DNA from: Eledone cirrhosa
Lineage: Eukaryota
Direction: 5' to 3'
Length of the DNA: 64,000 nt
Assembly: GCA_964016885.1 (NCBI GenBank)
Contig: OZ024742.1
Location: 215,822,001-215,886,000 of the forward strand
Shown here: positions 1 through 15,499 of the stretch, in pieces
How positions within the stretch are numbered: position 1 is the first letter of the stretch
Layout: the number at the start of each line of letters is the position of its first letter
Translations under genes and position numbers: made by a program
Notes under the pieces: generated by a model
Seen by the model: the letters and a program-made list of their open reading frames with translations, nothing else
What the model was told of the DNA's origin: nothing
The model's database searches: none

Positions 1-1905
1 CATTACAACGTTTGCAAGTCTTGACATCAAACCTATCAAGTGAATGTTGGCGATCACTTTATAACGAATGCAAATTCCAGACGATTGATCTTAAACCTGC
101 GAATCGGGATCCCACTTCAAACCCGGCTGCGCATGTCAATGCCGTTCATGAAAATAATGAACAGGAGAAATGACAGTATGCACCGGGGGCGGAGTCCGAG
201 TGTCACATTGAATGACTTCGATTTAGTAACATTTATCCGCATACAAATACTTGGTAATTGGTGCAGGGGCATCAGAGCAAAAAGAAATTGACTATCGATC
301 CCATACTTTTGCAGTGCCTGCCACAACGGGTTACGCGGAATGCGGTCATATGCCTTTATCAACAGAATGTGGTTATATGCCTTTTCGAGGTATAATGTAC
401 TGCAACGATTTGTCAGAAACCTAGAGCAGGGTGAATATTTGGCCAGCTGTACTGCGTCCAGGACGAAAACCAATCTTTTCATCAACTAGCTTGGACTCCA
501 CAATCTCCCCACGTCTCTTGATTCCCTTTCTGAAAATGTTCATTATCCCTCCCGATTACCATTTCTTAGATGCCTTTTGGGATATTCAGGCCATCCAGCA
601 CGCATGAATTAGCCAGAGAAGACATTCTCTATTTCAGGCTTTTAACATCTCAGGCCGAATTTCATCCTCCTCACTTCCTTGTCACATTCAAGCTCTTTAA
701 CTGTCCTTGTGACCTCGACCTGCCATACATTAGTCATCATTCCCAAACACACCTCTTGGACATCAGATGTTGCTTTGATCGAACTTAGAAGTTCAGCAAA
801 GTATTGTCGCATCTCACGTGGATGCATCCCTCTAAAAAAGGAAAACATCAGAGTCATTCCTCATAACGGCGTCGAGCAGTACTCCTTATTATGAAGTCGG
901 CAGCTGGTCTGCCAGAGCCATTTATTTGCTGATCTCAAGTCAGATACCAGCGTACCCATTAAGTCCTCCCATATCTTAAATCTGTACACCTTTGCTGTCT
1001 CTCCTGCTATTCTTCTTGCCTGCTTGTACCGCAAGTACAAGAAGGAGTATTTATTTCCATGCCAAGTTTTGTAATCCTTCATCTTTGTTTGGATTGCATG
1101 TTTGAACTCTTGATTGAACCAAAGGATCCTCCTGCTATCCGGTGCCGCACCAAGCCCCTTTCGCTAGCATTATTTCACAGATGAAACAGAAACTACTGTG
1201 CTGAGCAATCTTCACTCCGTTTCGACGTCCTCAGGTTGCTCATGGAGCTCTCTAAGTTTGGATGTAATGGTATCTGCATATCTGGTCATGACTTCCTTAT
1301 CCACCAACAATTCCAACTTTATTTTGTAGGTCAGCCTGGTTCTGTCAGTTTTGTGGGTTTCTCTGGCTTCCGTTTGTCTCAGGCTGCAGATAACAAGATG
1401 GTGATAAGTTGAGAGCTCAGCCCCTCACTTAACCTGAACATCCAGCACAGAATCGAAGAGATCAGAATCTATTATCGATCTCTGTCCCTGATTCAACTTA
1501 TATCGTGTGTATTCATGGATGCTTCTAGACTGGAAGACGTAGTTTATAATAGAGAGTCCATTGCTAGAAGAGAAGTCTCATAAACCTCCGCATTAGTATT
1601 TAGATCCGAATCGCCGATCCTTCCTGTCACTTCTTTCCAATATGTGTATTGAAGTCGCATTAGGATATATTACTCAGTCTTAACTATATCTAACACTGCA
1701 GTGATTTCATTAAGGAGAGATGCGTATTCGGACTCCTTGTTTGGTGCATAATCTTGCTCCATCCACAGTGGCAAACAGCATCAAAGCCACGGTACTTCGT
1801 TGTGGAAACCTGACTATATCTATCATGTTGCATCTAGACTCCTCCACTAGTTCCTGCTCCTTACCTAGAGGGGTTGTCATGTTCCAGATTCCAATGGTCA
1901 AGGAA
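1..1905 (-). mobile_element. Degenerate RTE-type non-LTR retrotransposon (APE endonuclease + RT), running off the left window edge
   Basis: Minus ORF 1710-1901 'IGIWNMTTPLGKEQELVEE..IDIV' resembles an APE N-terminus. ORF 642-857 'YFAELL..EVTRTVKEL' and ORF 117-485 'KAYDRIPRNPLWQALQKYG..VTLGLRPRCILSFLLFIIFM' match RT motifs (KAYDRVPR, GLRQGC.LSP.LF). Many stops and frameshifts. Confidence 0.85.
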
Positions 1906-4900
1906 TGCTCTCTTCACAATCATATTTTGGATCTCGTGATACGAAATCTTTGTGCATTCATCCCATGCCTCCCAGTACAGGTCACAGGCCCTTCGGCAAT
2001 TTTTACAGCTTGAAATGGTGACTGCAATATATTTTTCGGAGAGGCCCTTCAGCGGGTGTGAATGCATTTTTAACCCGCGCAAAGATATGATTCCTTTTCA
2101 TACCTCTCACCATATATCGATTTTGGTGGTTTTATTCGTGTCAATTACCAATCTGGTACTTTTTCAAACCCGCTAAGAATTGGCCTTTTAGAGGCGGCCT
2201 TAACTCTCCTGGTTATATCAACATCACTGGGTTGTGAGAGTTTTCTTGGGAGCTAAATGTGTCACACATTGCTCTATCTCTCATAGTAGTTTACAACAGA
2301 TGGTCTGGAGTTGCTCATTCACCCGGCAGGTACCCACTTATATCACAACTAACCATCATGCCTGGTGATCGTTTCACTACTGCCTACCACCACCTGTTTT
2401 CTGACAGAACGACTCTGCACAAATTAACTTTAGACAAATTGCCGATGATACCAATTATGAAATGCTTGTTTTAAAATACAATGATATGTTTTGTCATATA
2501 TTAAGAAAAGCACCAAAACTGTAACATCTTCTCTCGGCCTCCAAACGCCTTTGTTAATTTTTTCTTATAATTTACCCTAATTAACAATTTTCATGGTAGA
2601 GTAACGTATCAATATGTTCTCTTAGTTTGGCACCTTCTTATGCCAACTTAATTTATCTATTACAAAACATATAATCTCATGTTTATTTAACTGATCATGA
2701 CCTTCTTGTGAAACAAGACCCTGAGAAAATCTAAAATATTTATTTATCTCCTCTGAGTACATACCTAATTACTGGTTAGTCCCTGTGGTTTGCGATTCTA
2801 CCGCTGTAGAGTTCATAGATTACCTGGCTTCTTGGCATCCTTCCATTGTTTTTCCAGTATCGAAGCCTGTCCACTTCTGGGTAAGCGATAATTGTAGTTT
2901 CTTCGGAGAATTGCGAGCGGCCTTAACAGAGAGAATATATCTAGTTGTGCGGAAGCAGAAAAAATAGAAAATTATGTTTTAGTTGTTTTATTTACATATC
3001 TATGTATTTATCTTTTCATTTATTTATTTATTTATTTATTTATTCATTTATGCTGAATTGTAATAAAGGAGCACGTACCTGTATATTATCTACCCGTTCC
3101 AAAGATATGGCTGGATGTAAGGAAACCGTATCAACTACTAACATTGGCAATTAATTGATTAACAATTAAATGAGAATATTGGTGATATTGTGAGTAAGTA
3201 ATAAAGTGGCAATATCATTGCACAAAGCAAAAGCTTCCAAGGACTTTCTTGTCACTTAAATACGTAAAAATTCTCTAGACTTTCGAAGATCAACATGATA
3301 AAAAAGCAAGCATTGGCTTCAATCGATATTTTGTCTGTTTTGGGGCAATCTGGTTTGTCAACTACTGATGGCAAAACACCAAATGGTATGACTTTACTTT
3401 TGCTACATTTCGTAACCTTCACTGCGTTGTTCATATTGGTTCTTTTGCTTTATTGGTAGGAGAAATACTTTTTTTTAATATCAATCATATCTGCCAACTA
3501 TAATTTTCAGACTAAGGCTTTTGAAATCAGTAGTGCTTCTGTCCTTTTAATGTAATCGTTTTAGAATGCCTTTAGTTTAAAGCCTATTCAGACAACCGAG
3601 GAAAGAGGAGAAGACATATGGCTCCATGAAAGAATCATATTAGATATTTACGAGGCGATGCTGCCAGCACTTACTCATGCCTTTATTAATCAATATTCAA
3701 GTGAACTACTTTGTTATTTATTATGATGTAAATATATTTTCTCCAAACTGATAAACTGTAACTACCAACGGGTTATAAGACACTGTGTATAATTCAATAG
3801 CATAAAAAGGAAATGCAATTTATAAATATTTTTTTTAAATCATAGAATATATAAAGTACACTCCATATCAACAGTTATTACAATCCTGCTAGTATTTAAT
3901 AAATAAAGTATACCTGCTGTTGATATTCTATTTTGGGCTGTTTTTCTGCTCTCGTTTTCAACCACTACCTCTAGTACCACGTATAACTTCTCACAATATT
4001 ATTTCTCTATGTCACAATTATTCTCTGACTACCCTTATTTCTCTCTCCCAACCCCCTCAGATTCTCTCTCGCGTTACTCCATCTACTCGACGTCCTTTCT
4101 CAACTTTAAGTTTAGTTTCTTTCACTCAAACCATTATGCTCTCCTCTTCCACGTGATTTAAAACTAATTCTATTATTTCATTGTTTATATTAATTTTTGC
4201 ATAAGCGGAACATCGCTAATTTCTTCAGATTGTACACTTGTACTCTGACGTGAACATGCCATAGACAAATTGTTATAGAATTCGTTTCACAATCATAAGC
4301 TTCTGGGTGTGATATCACTGCGTGACATTTTAGACAAGCGTCATCTTTCACAGTTTAAACACTTTTAAGAAATCTTGCATGAAAAAAAAAAATGTAGACG
4401 TTCGTCGAATGGACGGTAACTGTAATTCAATAGTCACAAGTAATTCAAATCTCTATCACGCTATATCACTCTGTGATCTACCTTAACGATCCAGTCGAAT
4501 GTGTGGAATACTCATCCGCCGATGTAATGTCGTATACCACCATTAATATTTCATTTGCACAATATATGTTTATGCGTTATTCTGTTTTCTTTATTGGCTA
4601 TAAGGTATGTTCATGCCCATATATGTGTTGGTACTGCATTTAATGTCCTCTGGCGTTACGATTAATTATTATACTTTGGAGTATGTATTGTCAACTATAA
4701 GTGCTAAAATAAAGACATGTAACTAATTACAAACAACACCTTCAAAAGAAATATTACCTTCTTTAAAATATCTAGTATGATATTCTAATATTATAAGAAT
4801 GCCGTTTTTAATTATAAATTCCTTTCGTTTTTTACAAAACAAATTAAAAGATTTTAAGGCATTGGTGCTGAATTGGCAGTAGTTACAGAAATAATATTTC

Positions 4901-6758
4901 TGCCGGATTTCAAATGTATATTATTAAACGTATATAGGACGCCCCTCTGACGTTGAGACTGAAGATAATAACGGTACCACATTCCTTTATTAATACTCTT
5001 GTTGTTATATCCGTTAATATTTTCCCTGTAAATGCGTGTATTTTGGTGAATTTACAAGATGTTTTCTTTTACTCTTACTTATGGTTTTTGTTATTGTCTA
5101 AAGACATTGGTCTGGTCCGTGTTTAAGACAAAAATATTTCTGTGATTCTAAAAAAATGATTCAGTTGGAATTCAACCCTGGATCATCTCGTCTTTTCCAA
5201 TTTAGTCTATTCTGTATTAGGCCAGTCCGTATACTATCCCTCTTTTAAAGAATGTAATATTATATTTGATGAAAGTCGTGCTTGCAATTGCTTACAGTTG
5301 GAATACATTTGTAGAGGCTTCCGCGAGAGTTTCTTACTAATTGTGGTGTTATTACTTTCACTGGTTTTGTTATGTGTGTTGTTGGTCAGGGTCGTCATTG
5401 CGATGGCTAGCTGGTAGTTGGCGTCGTCGTTGCTGACATTGTGATAATAATGTGAAGTTTCTTATCTAACAAATCTAGTCGTAATCATTCCGCCTTTAAC
5501 CAGGCATAATATTTTTAGGGATATATTAGCTAATAGCTAAGGAATAGTTTTTGCCGTTCATTGGTATTGTTATTGTGGGATAGCTGCAGTTGAGACATGT
5601 GAAAGACCATTGCAGCTGTGACTATTCGGTCCGAATTCGTGGCTAACCGTGTTTATTGTTCCGTATTCCAAGTCGAATCAGTTTGACATAATATTTGAGA
5701 AGATACGACATTTGAATAAAAGGTACAATTCCTACGATGCTCTTCAACATAGGTTTTGTTACCCAATTTAGCTTAAAAAGCAACTTGCCAAATATGCCAC
5801 AGTATTTTGAACAAATGTATCTAAATCATGCAGTCATATCTATACCCACGTATAGTGTTTAATTGGCAAGAATTTGAATGTAGTTATGCGGCTATAGATG
5901 TAGTACTATATTTTTATTTGTGAATGGGACTACATATATTCTGTTAAATTGAAAACAGGGCGTATAGGTTCAAATCTAGGAAAGTTGCAGATACTAGATA
6001 TCTTTTAACTACATGCTATATATTATTAGTAACATAGGAGGTAGTCGCCTACTCACAGATTTAATTCCAGCTGTTCCATAAGGGTGAGTGAAATACTACC
6101 TTTCTAAGAGGCTAACAACAGAGAAAGCAAGGACAACGTGTTTTAAACACAGTATCACATTGAATAAAGTCCAGGAGTCCTGTGAAAGATAGCGGCAGAA
6201 ACAAACATAATAGGTAGATCCTCACTCCCTACTGTAACTGACATATGTTTGGTAATTATATTTGTGTTTGCATATAATATGAGTAGTGTATATGATAAGA
6301 TTAGTATTTGCATATGAGAAGAGCTTTTGAAAATATACATGTATTTTCATATATTTGTATGTAGCAGTGTAAAGATTATTTGCTTAGTTTAGAAACCTAT
6401 AGTGCTTACACAATTAATAGTTTTATTCACTTAACCTTTTCTTCTGGAAATATATTGATTCAGTTAAGTCACATTCCTGCATGCAGAGAGAGAGTTGCGT
6501 TCTTACATACCTCCTTACAATCCGTTACTTCAGCAATTAAAAAAATTGTGTGGGTATACGTGGTTATGGTGCCAGACGTATGAATGCATGTATTAATGTG
6601 TGTATATATGCATGTATGTATATATATGCATACATATATGTGTGTGTGTATTTGTGTGAGTATGTGTTTATTTGATCTGGCTGATGTATATACGTTCAGG
6701 TTATATGTACATATACACACACACATACACACATATTTATACACATAAATGTATATAC

Positions 6759-6824
<66 letters not shown>

Positions 6825-7999
6825 ATATATATATGTTTGTATGTATGTGTGTATATTATGTAAAAGAAATGACAAAAATAACAAAACAAATGGCACAATA
6901 CATAGAAGAAATATATTATTTTACCGCTTGAAATAGCAAAAAGAGAATCTTAAAGTTTCCGACACTAGTCCTTCATATATATGCATATAACTACTTTACT
7001 TCCCATAACCTAGCTGCTCCAGCAATCATTTTAATATGTGTGTTGCCACATGGCCGCTGTCGAATTAATACAAACTGTAAATTACCAAAATAGTAGTTTA
7101 GATGAATCGAGAAACAGATTTATGTAAATGTATCACAGAATATATCATGTCTAGAAGAAGTGAGCCTATAAGAAGATCACTTCTGTGTTTGTTTCTGTTT
7201 TGTGTCATGATTTCCACGTAAATAATGTGTTTGTCGCAAGACATACATGTTTACTATAAAAGAGTACTCTACGTTTCACAGTCTATATGAACAGAAATAT
7301 TTATATACCGAAATAAAACAAAATTTATAAAAGTTTTATATCGTTTTGACCCAAGGATATATAATGTATAACTCGATTTTAAACGGTATATTTGGATATA
7401 GAAATAAATCTAATATATCCGATAGAAAATAATAAAACTCTCGAAAAGGCTGTTTCCTATTTGCTGAAAAAAGTTATACAAGATAAGTAAATATACATTC
7501 ACAAAACTCTTACATGATAAAATTACACATTGTTACACAAAAATACACAGCAACATATAAAAACCAGTCAACTTGGATGCCTTACAAAATACACAGCAAT
7601 CATCTTAAACTAATCTGTATTGCTACAGGCCAGGCGACATTGAACGGAATTACCATACAATTAACCCGCTAAATCGTTTTTTCTTTCTAGTAAAAATTTA
7701 TAAAAATTGAAGTCTGACAAAGGTATTTAGGCATTTAAATATCGAATAACTGAACTGAATGTGCCAATGGTTGATACAACGAATACTGCGCTTAACCAAG
7801 CCAATTTAGATTCACCAGTCAATTACGGAAATATAGTTGTGTAGCATGTAATGTGTTTACATCAGTGATATTGTCTGTAGAAGTTATGCTGTTTTCTATA
7901 TTAAAAATAATTTGTTTAATGCGGAGTAATTTATTCAGTGTACAAAATAATTCAATATCCTGAATGGCACAGTATCTAATAAAACAAAACACACGACTA

Positions 8000-9000
8000 A
8001 AGGGAAAAGAAAAGGAAGAAAAATGAAAATGAAAAAGAGTAAAATAGAGAAGGATTAAGTGGCAAAAGAAAGGGAGAGGGGCGAGACAATCACAACACCC
8101 CAGTCTGAGCAGAGTCTCAGCCGAACACTGCGCACAACAGCGTTACCGGGCAGAATGAACAGAGACACCTGCTGTGACATCACAGCCCCCTACGGTACTC
8201 CCTCCTCAAACAGGCTGCCGTCTTTCCGAATGTATAGAAGAAATCAGCAGTGCGGTGAGCAAGGACGCTAAACATCTCGACAGACTAACTGTTCACTGAG
8301 GCCCCGATATTTCGCTATCTTTCTCTCCTCCGCAGTTATGGAAGCGGTGCCTGGGTTTGTGGCCAAAGCAGCAATGTTGAAGGTAGAGAACGAGTCACTA
8401 CACGTCGTATCCCAAATTAGGGATGTTCCGCCTCACCCCCTCGAAAGGGAAGAAGTTAATTCGTCGACTCAAATTGTGAAGGAATCCGACTGCATCGAGG
8501 CTCCTTCAGATCATGTTATTGAGAGCAGCGTGACGGAGGAGTCTGCCAGCCCTAAGGCGGCAAGATAACGGGTGTAACTGAACTCATTGGCCATTGTTCC
8601 ACAACAGCATCTGCGTGCCTCGGACACGTGGAGGCCGAATCGTTGAGCCACTCTAATTCTTGTACACTCTTCATCCGGAAGGGTACCGGTTGGGGAGCAA
8701 GAATCAGTATTTGTTTGCAAGGCTCTGCGGGGAAGTGCATGGTGGTGTTGAATACCAGAAATTGTCGATTCACCATATGACGAATGAACATTTGACGTTG
8801 ACCTGTTCGGTTGGCTTTCAGTACATTAGGGAACGGCAAGGCCTTCCCGGGCCCAGTCAACCAGCGCTGAATCCCGTTCGCGGGCAACATCTGGTTTGTT
8901 GGTTTTAGGAGGATCACAATAAAGGTCTTGGGGTTGTTGAATGATACACTAGGAGAAACTCCTAAAAGCATAGTAGCAGGAAGGCTGTCCAGGCAATCTG
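8000..9000 (-). mobile_element. 3' fragment of a CRE-clade non-LTR retrotransposon (restriction-like endonuclease region), degenerate
   Basis: Minus-strand reading gives 'GTLPDEECTRIRVAQRFGLHVSEARRCCCG..RHAALNNMI*RSLDAVGF..SLIWDTTCSDSFS..ATNPG..AEERKIAKYRGLS', then a pyrimidine-rich tail. Homologous to 37162-37629. Confidence 0.8.
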
Positions 9001-12000
9001 GTTTCCTGTGTGATGTCGTTTCCCTGAGGCATTTCCTTCTAAAGTTAAGTTTCATTGCAATCAAAATAATCTGTTGAAAACATAAATTACTCTGCCTCAG
9101 AAGTCACGAAACTGCCATATCTTACATATGAGTTCATCATGTCTTGCCAGAACATTTTCTAAAAGTATTTAGATTTCTACCAACGTTTGCAGGTTTTAAT
9201 TTCGTCTTGATTTTGTTTTCACTATTAGTTTTGGTAGAAGTTGAAACCTTCTGGATCATCTTTTATGTAACGGAGGGTTTGTGAAGGTCATGGGTACAAC
9301 CCATACGTCAAGAAACAGTAAACGCCGATCGTAAACAGAAATCCTTCTACAAATTAATGTTCCTCTCATTGAACAACATTAATAAGAGGTTTTTCATATC
9401 GGCTCTAGGCAAAGCAGAGATATTATGCCTTTGGACAATGTTGCACAATTAGATCCTTTTTTATTTCGTTCGTTTCTTCAAAATAGAACAGATTATAGAA
9501 TTTGTCAATCAACACTTAGTAATAAGATTATTCAGATTGATGCTACAATCTCTCATCGGAAATATGTTCTGTTTCTGATTCTTCAATAAGTTTCTTCATG
9601 CATGATTTCATGCATGATTTGCTTTGGTCATACTGAATGTTTTAATTTAAAAAAAATGAATTCTGACTATCATCTTATTTGAAAAAAAATTGAACTTTTC
9701 AAATGAAATATGAAAAAGTGTCATTTGAAGAAACACGTGTGGTAAAACCTTCATGGTCGGATTAATTCATTTTTTGGGGTGGGTGGGGGTGGGTGGGTTG
9801 TACTTGATATTTAACATTACAAAAGAGCGCAAACAGAAGAAAATAATGAATAAAATTGAAAACAGAATAAAACTGAAAAGCATCCACGTCCATACACATG
9901 CACACAATTTGAATGAGTGGGCCTGAGCCATTTTCTTTTTCCATATTCGTTACGTTTGTCTGGAAATATTTTCTCACCACCTTTTCACAACCAGCACCTC
10001 ACATTCACCACCACCTTCACATCCAGTAGCACCAGCAGCGTTATCACCCTCTCCGTAAACGTCGCCTCAAATCTGTTTTAGAAGTGACTGAATTCACAAT
10101 GCTATAACCATAACCCTTCTCTAGCCCAACGCACTTTCCCCAACTGCCCAAAACATATTATCTATTCACATTTATCCCACCATCACCACTCTTACCACAA
10201 TAAAATCCGTCCATTCGCTCTCACTGATTTCTTATTCTTTAACACATTTATATCTTTAAACTATCATTAAATTCACCATAATTTCCTCCCTACCTCCACA
10301 GAACTGTGCTGTTCAATCTTCATCACGACAACAAATATTTGATTGATGTGTGATTAAATGGGCATATAAATCCTAGTCGATTCCCATGTCATTACCTCTT
10401 GAGATTAATGAATCTTGAAACTACACTCGCTGGCATTCTCAACTGCAATTGACATACTTATGATGTGTTCATACAACAACAAAAGAGAAAAACATATCTT
10501 TCATTGAAAGTGACGCTCTCGTTTGTTTATTGTATATGAACATATAGAACATGCTTTCATATACACCCTTATTATAAATATATATATATATATATATAGT
10601 ATCCGAAACGTTAAAACGATCTTCTCATTATATTGAGCGTTCAGCTAACATATAACTTCATCAACTTTTGCATGTAAACACACAGACACACATACACTCA
10701 TTGTGTATATGTGTGTGCCTGCGTGTACATGTGTACAGTGACAACATATGTTATTTAACCCTTGATATAGTAGGAAGAGAGTTTTAACGTTTCAGACAAT
10801 AATCCTTCATTGGATGCTATAATGAAATATAAGATGAAATAGAAAGATAGAGAATAAGAAGTGGAGGGAACGGAAAGTATTTGTTTGAGGTATTCAGTCA
10901 GCCATATAAGCATATATTCATGTATCGTACGCTCTCTGATAATATAAATCATCTACAGTAATGAATTGTAGGTCGGAATCCATTCACATTATATGTCATT
11001 TGGTATAAATGTTATTCCGTTTCGTTTTTGTTGCAGTATTTTCTCATTTCAAACATTTAATTGATTGACATGTTTATTAATTTTGTTTTGAGCGGTTTTC
11101 ACTCGGCTCTCAATTTTCGAGAAATGTAAGAAAATATACGGTATATGGTAATTAGTTTTCAAATTTTCTCTAATCATCCATGTTCCATATACTGGTTTAG
11201 CAGTTTTCCTTTAGTTGAATATATCCCAACTGAATTGTATTGGTTTTAAGGGATTATTCCAAAGCTAGCTCTATAAATTAGAATTTGATAATGCGATTTT
11301 AAGGAATTAACTTCATGCCGGTTATATTTAATTATCTAAAATGCATTACGGATTTGACTTAATTCATAAATATATTTACAATGCAGAATAGCGGAGACTG
11401 AATATTCAGAACAAACTTCACAATTCAAAGCATATAATATTGATTTGCTATCATTAGGTTCAAAATTATGATTAGGTTCAATAAAGTGGGCTGGATTTTT
11501 CAGAATCACTGAAACTCTGGTAGAATGCAGATTTGAATTTATCCTAAAAAAGGAGACCTGGCCTGAATATTTTCAACTAAGTGCACTCCGTTTAAGGTAG
11601 CCAAAGTCTCGCTAGTTGCTTGAAACCAGACGACAGTCTAAGTCTGCGATATTTTATTGAAAGAGTAAATATGAAAGAAATACACTTTCTTGATTAATTG
11701 AGGTAGGTATAATATATTACAGTTCATTATTACACGATAATGCACAGTCTCTCCTCTAAATCACACGTTGATCTTGTTTTAAAATGGCTCACCCTCCGTT
11801 TATCGTAGTATATATTGAGAGAGAAATAGAATAGATGACTTCATAATCAGTTTGTCGTAAACTTCCCGTTCGACTTATGGCATCTAATTAATATAGTAAT
11901 TGTGTGAGAATGATATGTTTGTACAAGGGTAACAACTGCAATTCGGATGAGTAGAATTAAAGTGCACCAACATCAAACGATATTTGCAAATAAAATTGGT

Positions 12001-13045
12001 CTTAGCATTTTCGAACTTTACATTTCTCTCCAATATGAACGGCATTTCAAAAATATATCTTCCTTTTCCCATTCACATAACTGTTTCCCTTTTGAAATAT
12101 ATATCCTATCATTCTTTGCAGAATTTCAGATATACTAAGCTCTATGTAGTATATAATCACTAAATTTACATAAATATCTTTTAAACATTTTGAATAACAG
12201 GTTTCTAAAACAAACATAGCATTCTTTCAAAAAGGAAGAATGTCTTTCGGGGTAGTAACATGAGATATAATCTTCTTATATGTTGTATCATATCGATGCT
12301 TATGTGAGTCTGTTTTCGGAATTTCGACATCATCACGATTACTTTTATAGTAAAAGGGGTCGCCATTGTCACCACTGATTCACAAAATAATAGATTCCTA
12401 CATAAAGTGGAGTTAAACATGACGTGGATTGTTCCGCATAAGTTATTACACAAAACATATATCAAAATCAAAATTTGAATAACCATGTATAAAAATTACC
12501 AGAGAACCTGTCCTGCAAATAAATACTGGTGTTGTCTGCTATTGCCGAATCTAGAAGAACAGATATTACTAAAAGTAGTGTTCTATCTCTCAGATAATGA
12601 AATATGTTAATCTAACAACTGCCATTCTCCTTATTCTTTGCTGTTTTCGATTGTATTAACCAAACAATAGTTTAACATAAGTGTTAAGATTACATTCAGG
12701 TAAGATGCTCAGTATAACATTGATAGCGCTTTTCCGAAATATTGATGGATATCAACAAGTGGTAGATGGCTGCATGCAGCATCACGCATTTCTGTACACA
12801 CTATGTTAGCAGATCCACTTAGTAATCTGTTTGATTTCCGTACCTTAGTTCATTGGTTCATATTCATTATAAACCGACCCCTGACACGATATCTTATACA
12901 CTATTACATTCCTCGATTTTGCAAATCCGACTTGTTCGCTCAAATCGTTATAGTCTACGAAAACACTTTGTAATTCAGAAACATTCTGGTTGGCTGGGGT
13001 TTAGTTATGTAAAGCTATTTCTCTCCATATATTATTTGGAAACGA

Positions 13046-13900
<855 letters not shown>

Positions 13901-15499
13901 TTGTTTTTTGTTTTTGTTTTTTTTCTTTCTCTTATTCTTTCGCACTCTCTCGTTCCTCAAATGCATAGTTCTGCGCACACATGTATTCTTCAAACATTTT
14001 GGCGTGAAAAGAAAATCCGAGTGAAGAGAATATTAGAATAGACATTACAAAATAGAAACATTAAGATTTCCGCATTTCGTTTTTAGATTTAATAAATTAT
14101 CTGAGAATATTGGATTTTGATTTTGTTGCTTATTTTTTATAATTGAATAAAATTTTATTTATATGATAATTGTTATTAAGATATTGATTTGTGAAAAAAT
14201 GAAAAAAAAAAGTCTAAGGCATTGATTTTAAAATAGCCAGCATTAAAACTTAAAGCATTGATGTTAACACATCGAATCCGGTATGAGGGAAACAATGACG
14301 AGGTATCATAACAATAAGATGCAAGAGTTTGGTAGTTTTTCTTGCTGTTGTAAAGGTGTAGAATATAACATATATTGCTAGACTATTTACAGCTATTTGG
14401 CTGATAGAATATCCTTTTAATACATTAAAATATTTTAAATCCCTTTGACTTTTCTTTTGAATTTACAATTCCGTAGCCGAAAAGAAAATTTACATAGTAT
14501 AGTAGTATTCACCGTTGTTAATGCGTCCGTTCTGCGAGGGAATAGAATCTGTAATGTTGAAAGCTATAACGATGCCTTTAAGCTTTACTCGGGGCATTTG
14601 AGAATAGAAACGCATATATAACCAACTATTAACAGTTTTAGTCTTAACTCAAAACTTACCTGTATACAATGACTTTTGCCAAAAATAATAATAACTTTGG
14701 CACCAGGACATGAATGTAGAGAATAGGTTTGCGTGTACAATAGGATTGGGTCAACATATATAATAGATAATTATTAATCCGTCTGCTGTTTGAAAGCATA
14801 AAACCCATTTGTGAGAGCGGGTGCTACATCCCGAAATTCTAACCAACATTGTAAAATGCTAAACAACTGTGTGTACCATGGGGAATGATGCACAGAGGGG
14901 AATGATATACAGAGAGATAACGAATCCATACATAAGAGATTTTAGCCAAATTAGAGTGGGCACAGGTATATAAAGAACGGCTAGTTTGCATATATATATT
15001 ATGCGGAGGGGATGTGTGGTTGTTACTGATAACGAATTTTAGAAGGTAAGGCGACACAAAGAAGAGATGGACTGTTTCCCTTCGGCGCATTATAAACTAT
15101 ACATCTATCCGTAGCGCGCCAACATCCTTTTATCTATCAATAGGCCATGAAGGAGAAAAAGCAAATAAGAGAGAAGTAAAAGGATGAAATAAAGGAAAAA
15201 GGGAAAAAAGAAGTAAACATACGGATAGATGGTGGATACAATGGTACATGTAAGTAACCGAGAAGAATGAAGTTCAAGTTGATATAAGCCCTTGGGTTTA
15301 AGCTCGGGGCCATAATAACGGAGCTAGGTAATCCACGTCTGTTCTGAGTGAAAGCAAACCAGAGACAGAGAAAGACGGAGGAACCGGAATCGAGAAGGAG
15401 TAGAGGGCAAATAGATGGGTTAGAGGAATAGAGAGAGAGGGGGAGTCGGAGGAGGGAAATGGAGTTAATCCAAACGTGTGTACGATGCACGTGCAACTG

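Noticed and set aside
1215-1237. CUGAGGA..GAAA hammerhead-like words on the minus strand
   Set aside because: Lies inside LINE coding sequence; no stem II or stem I pairing.
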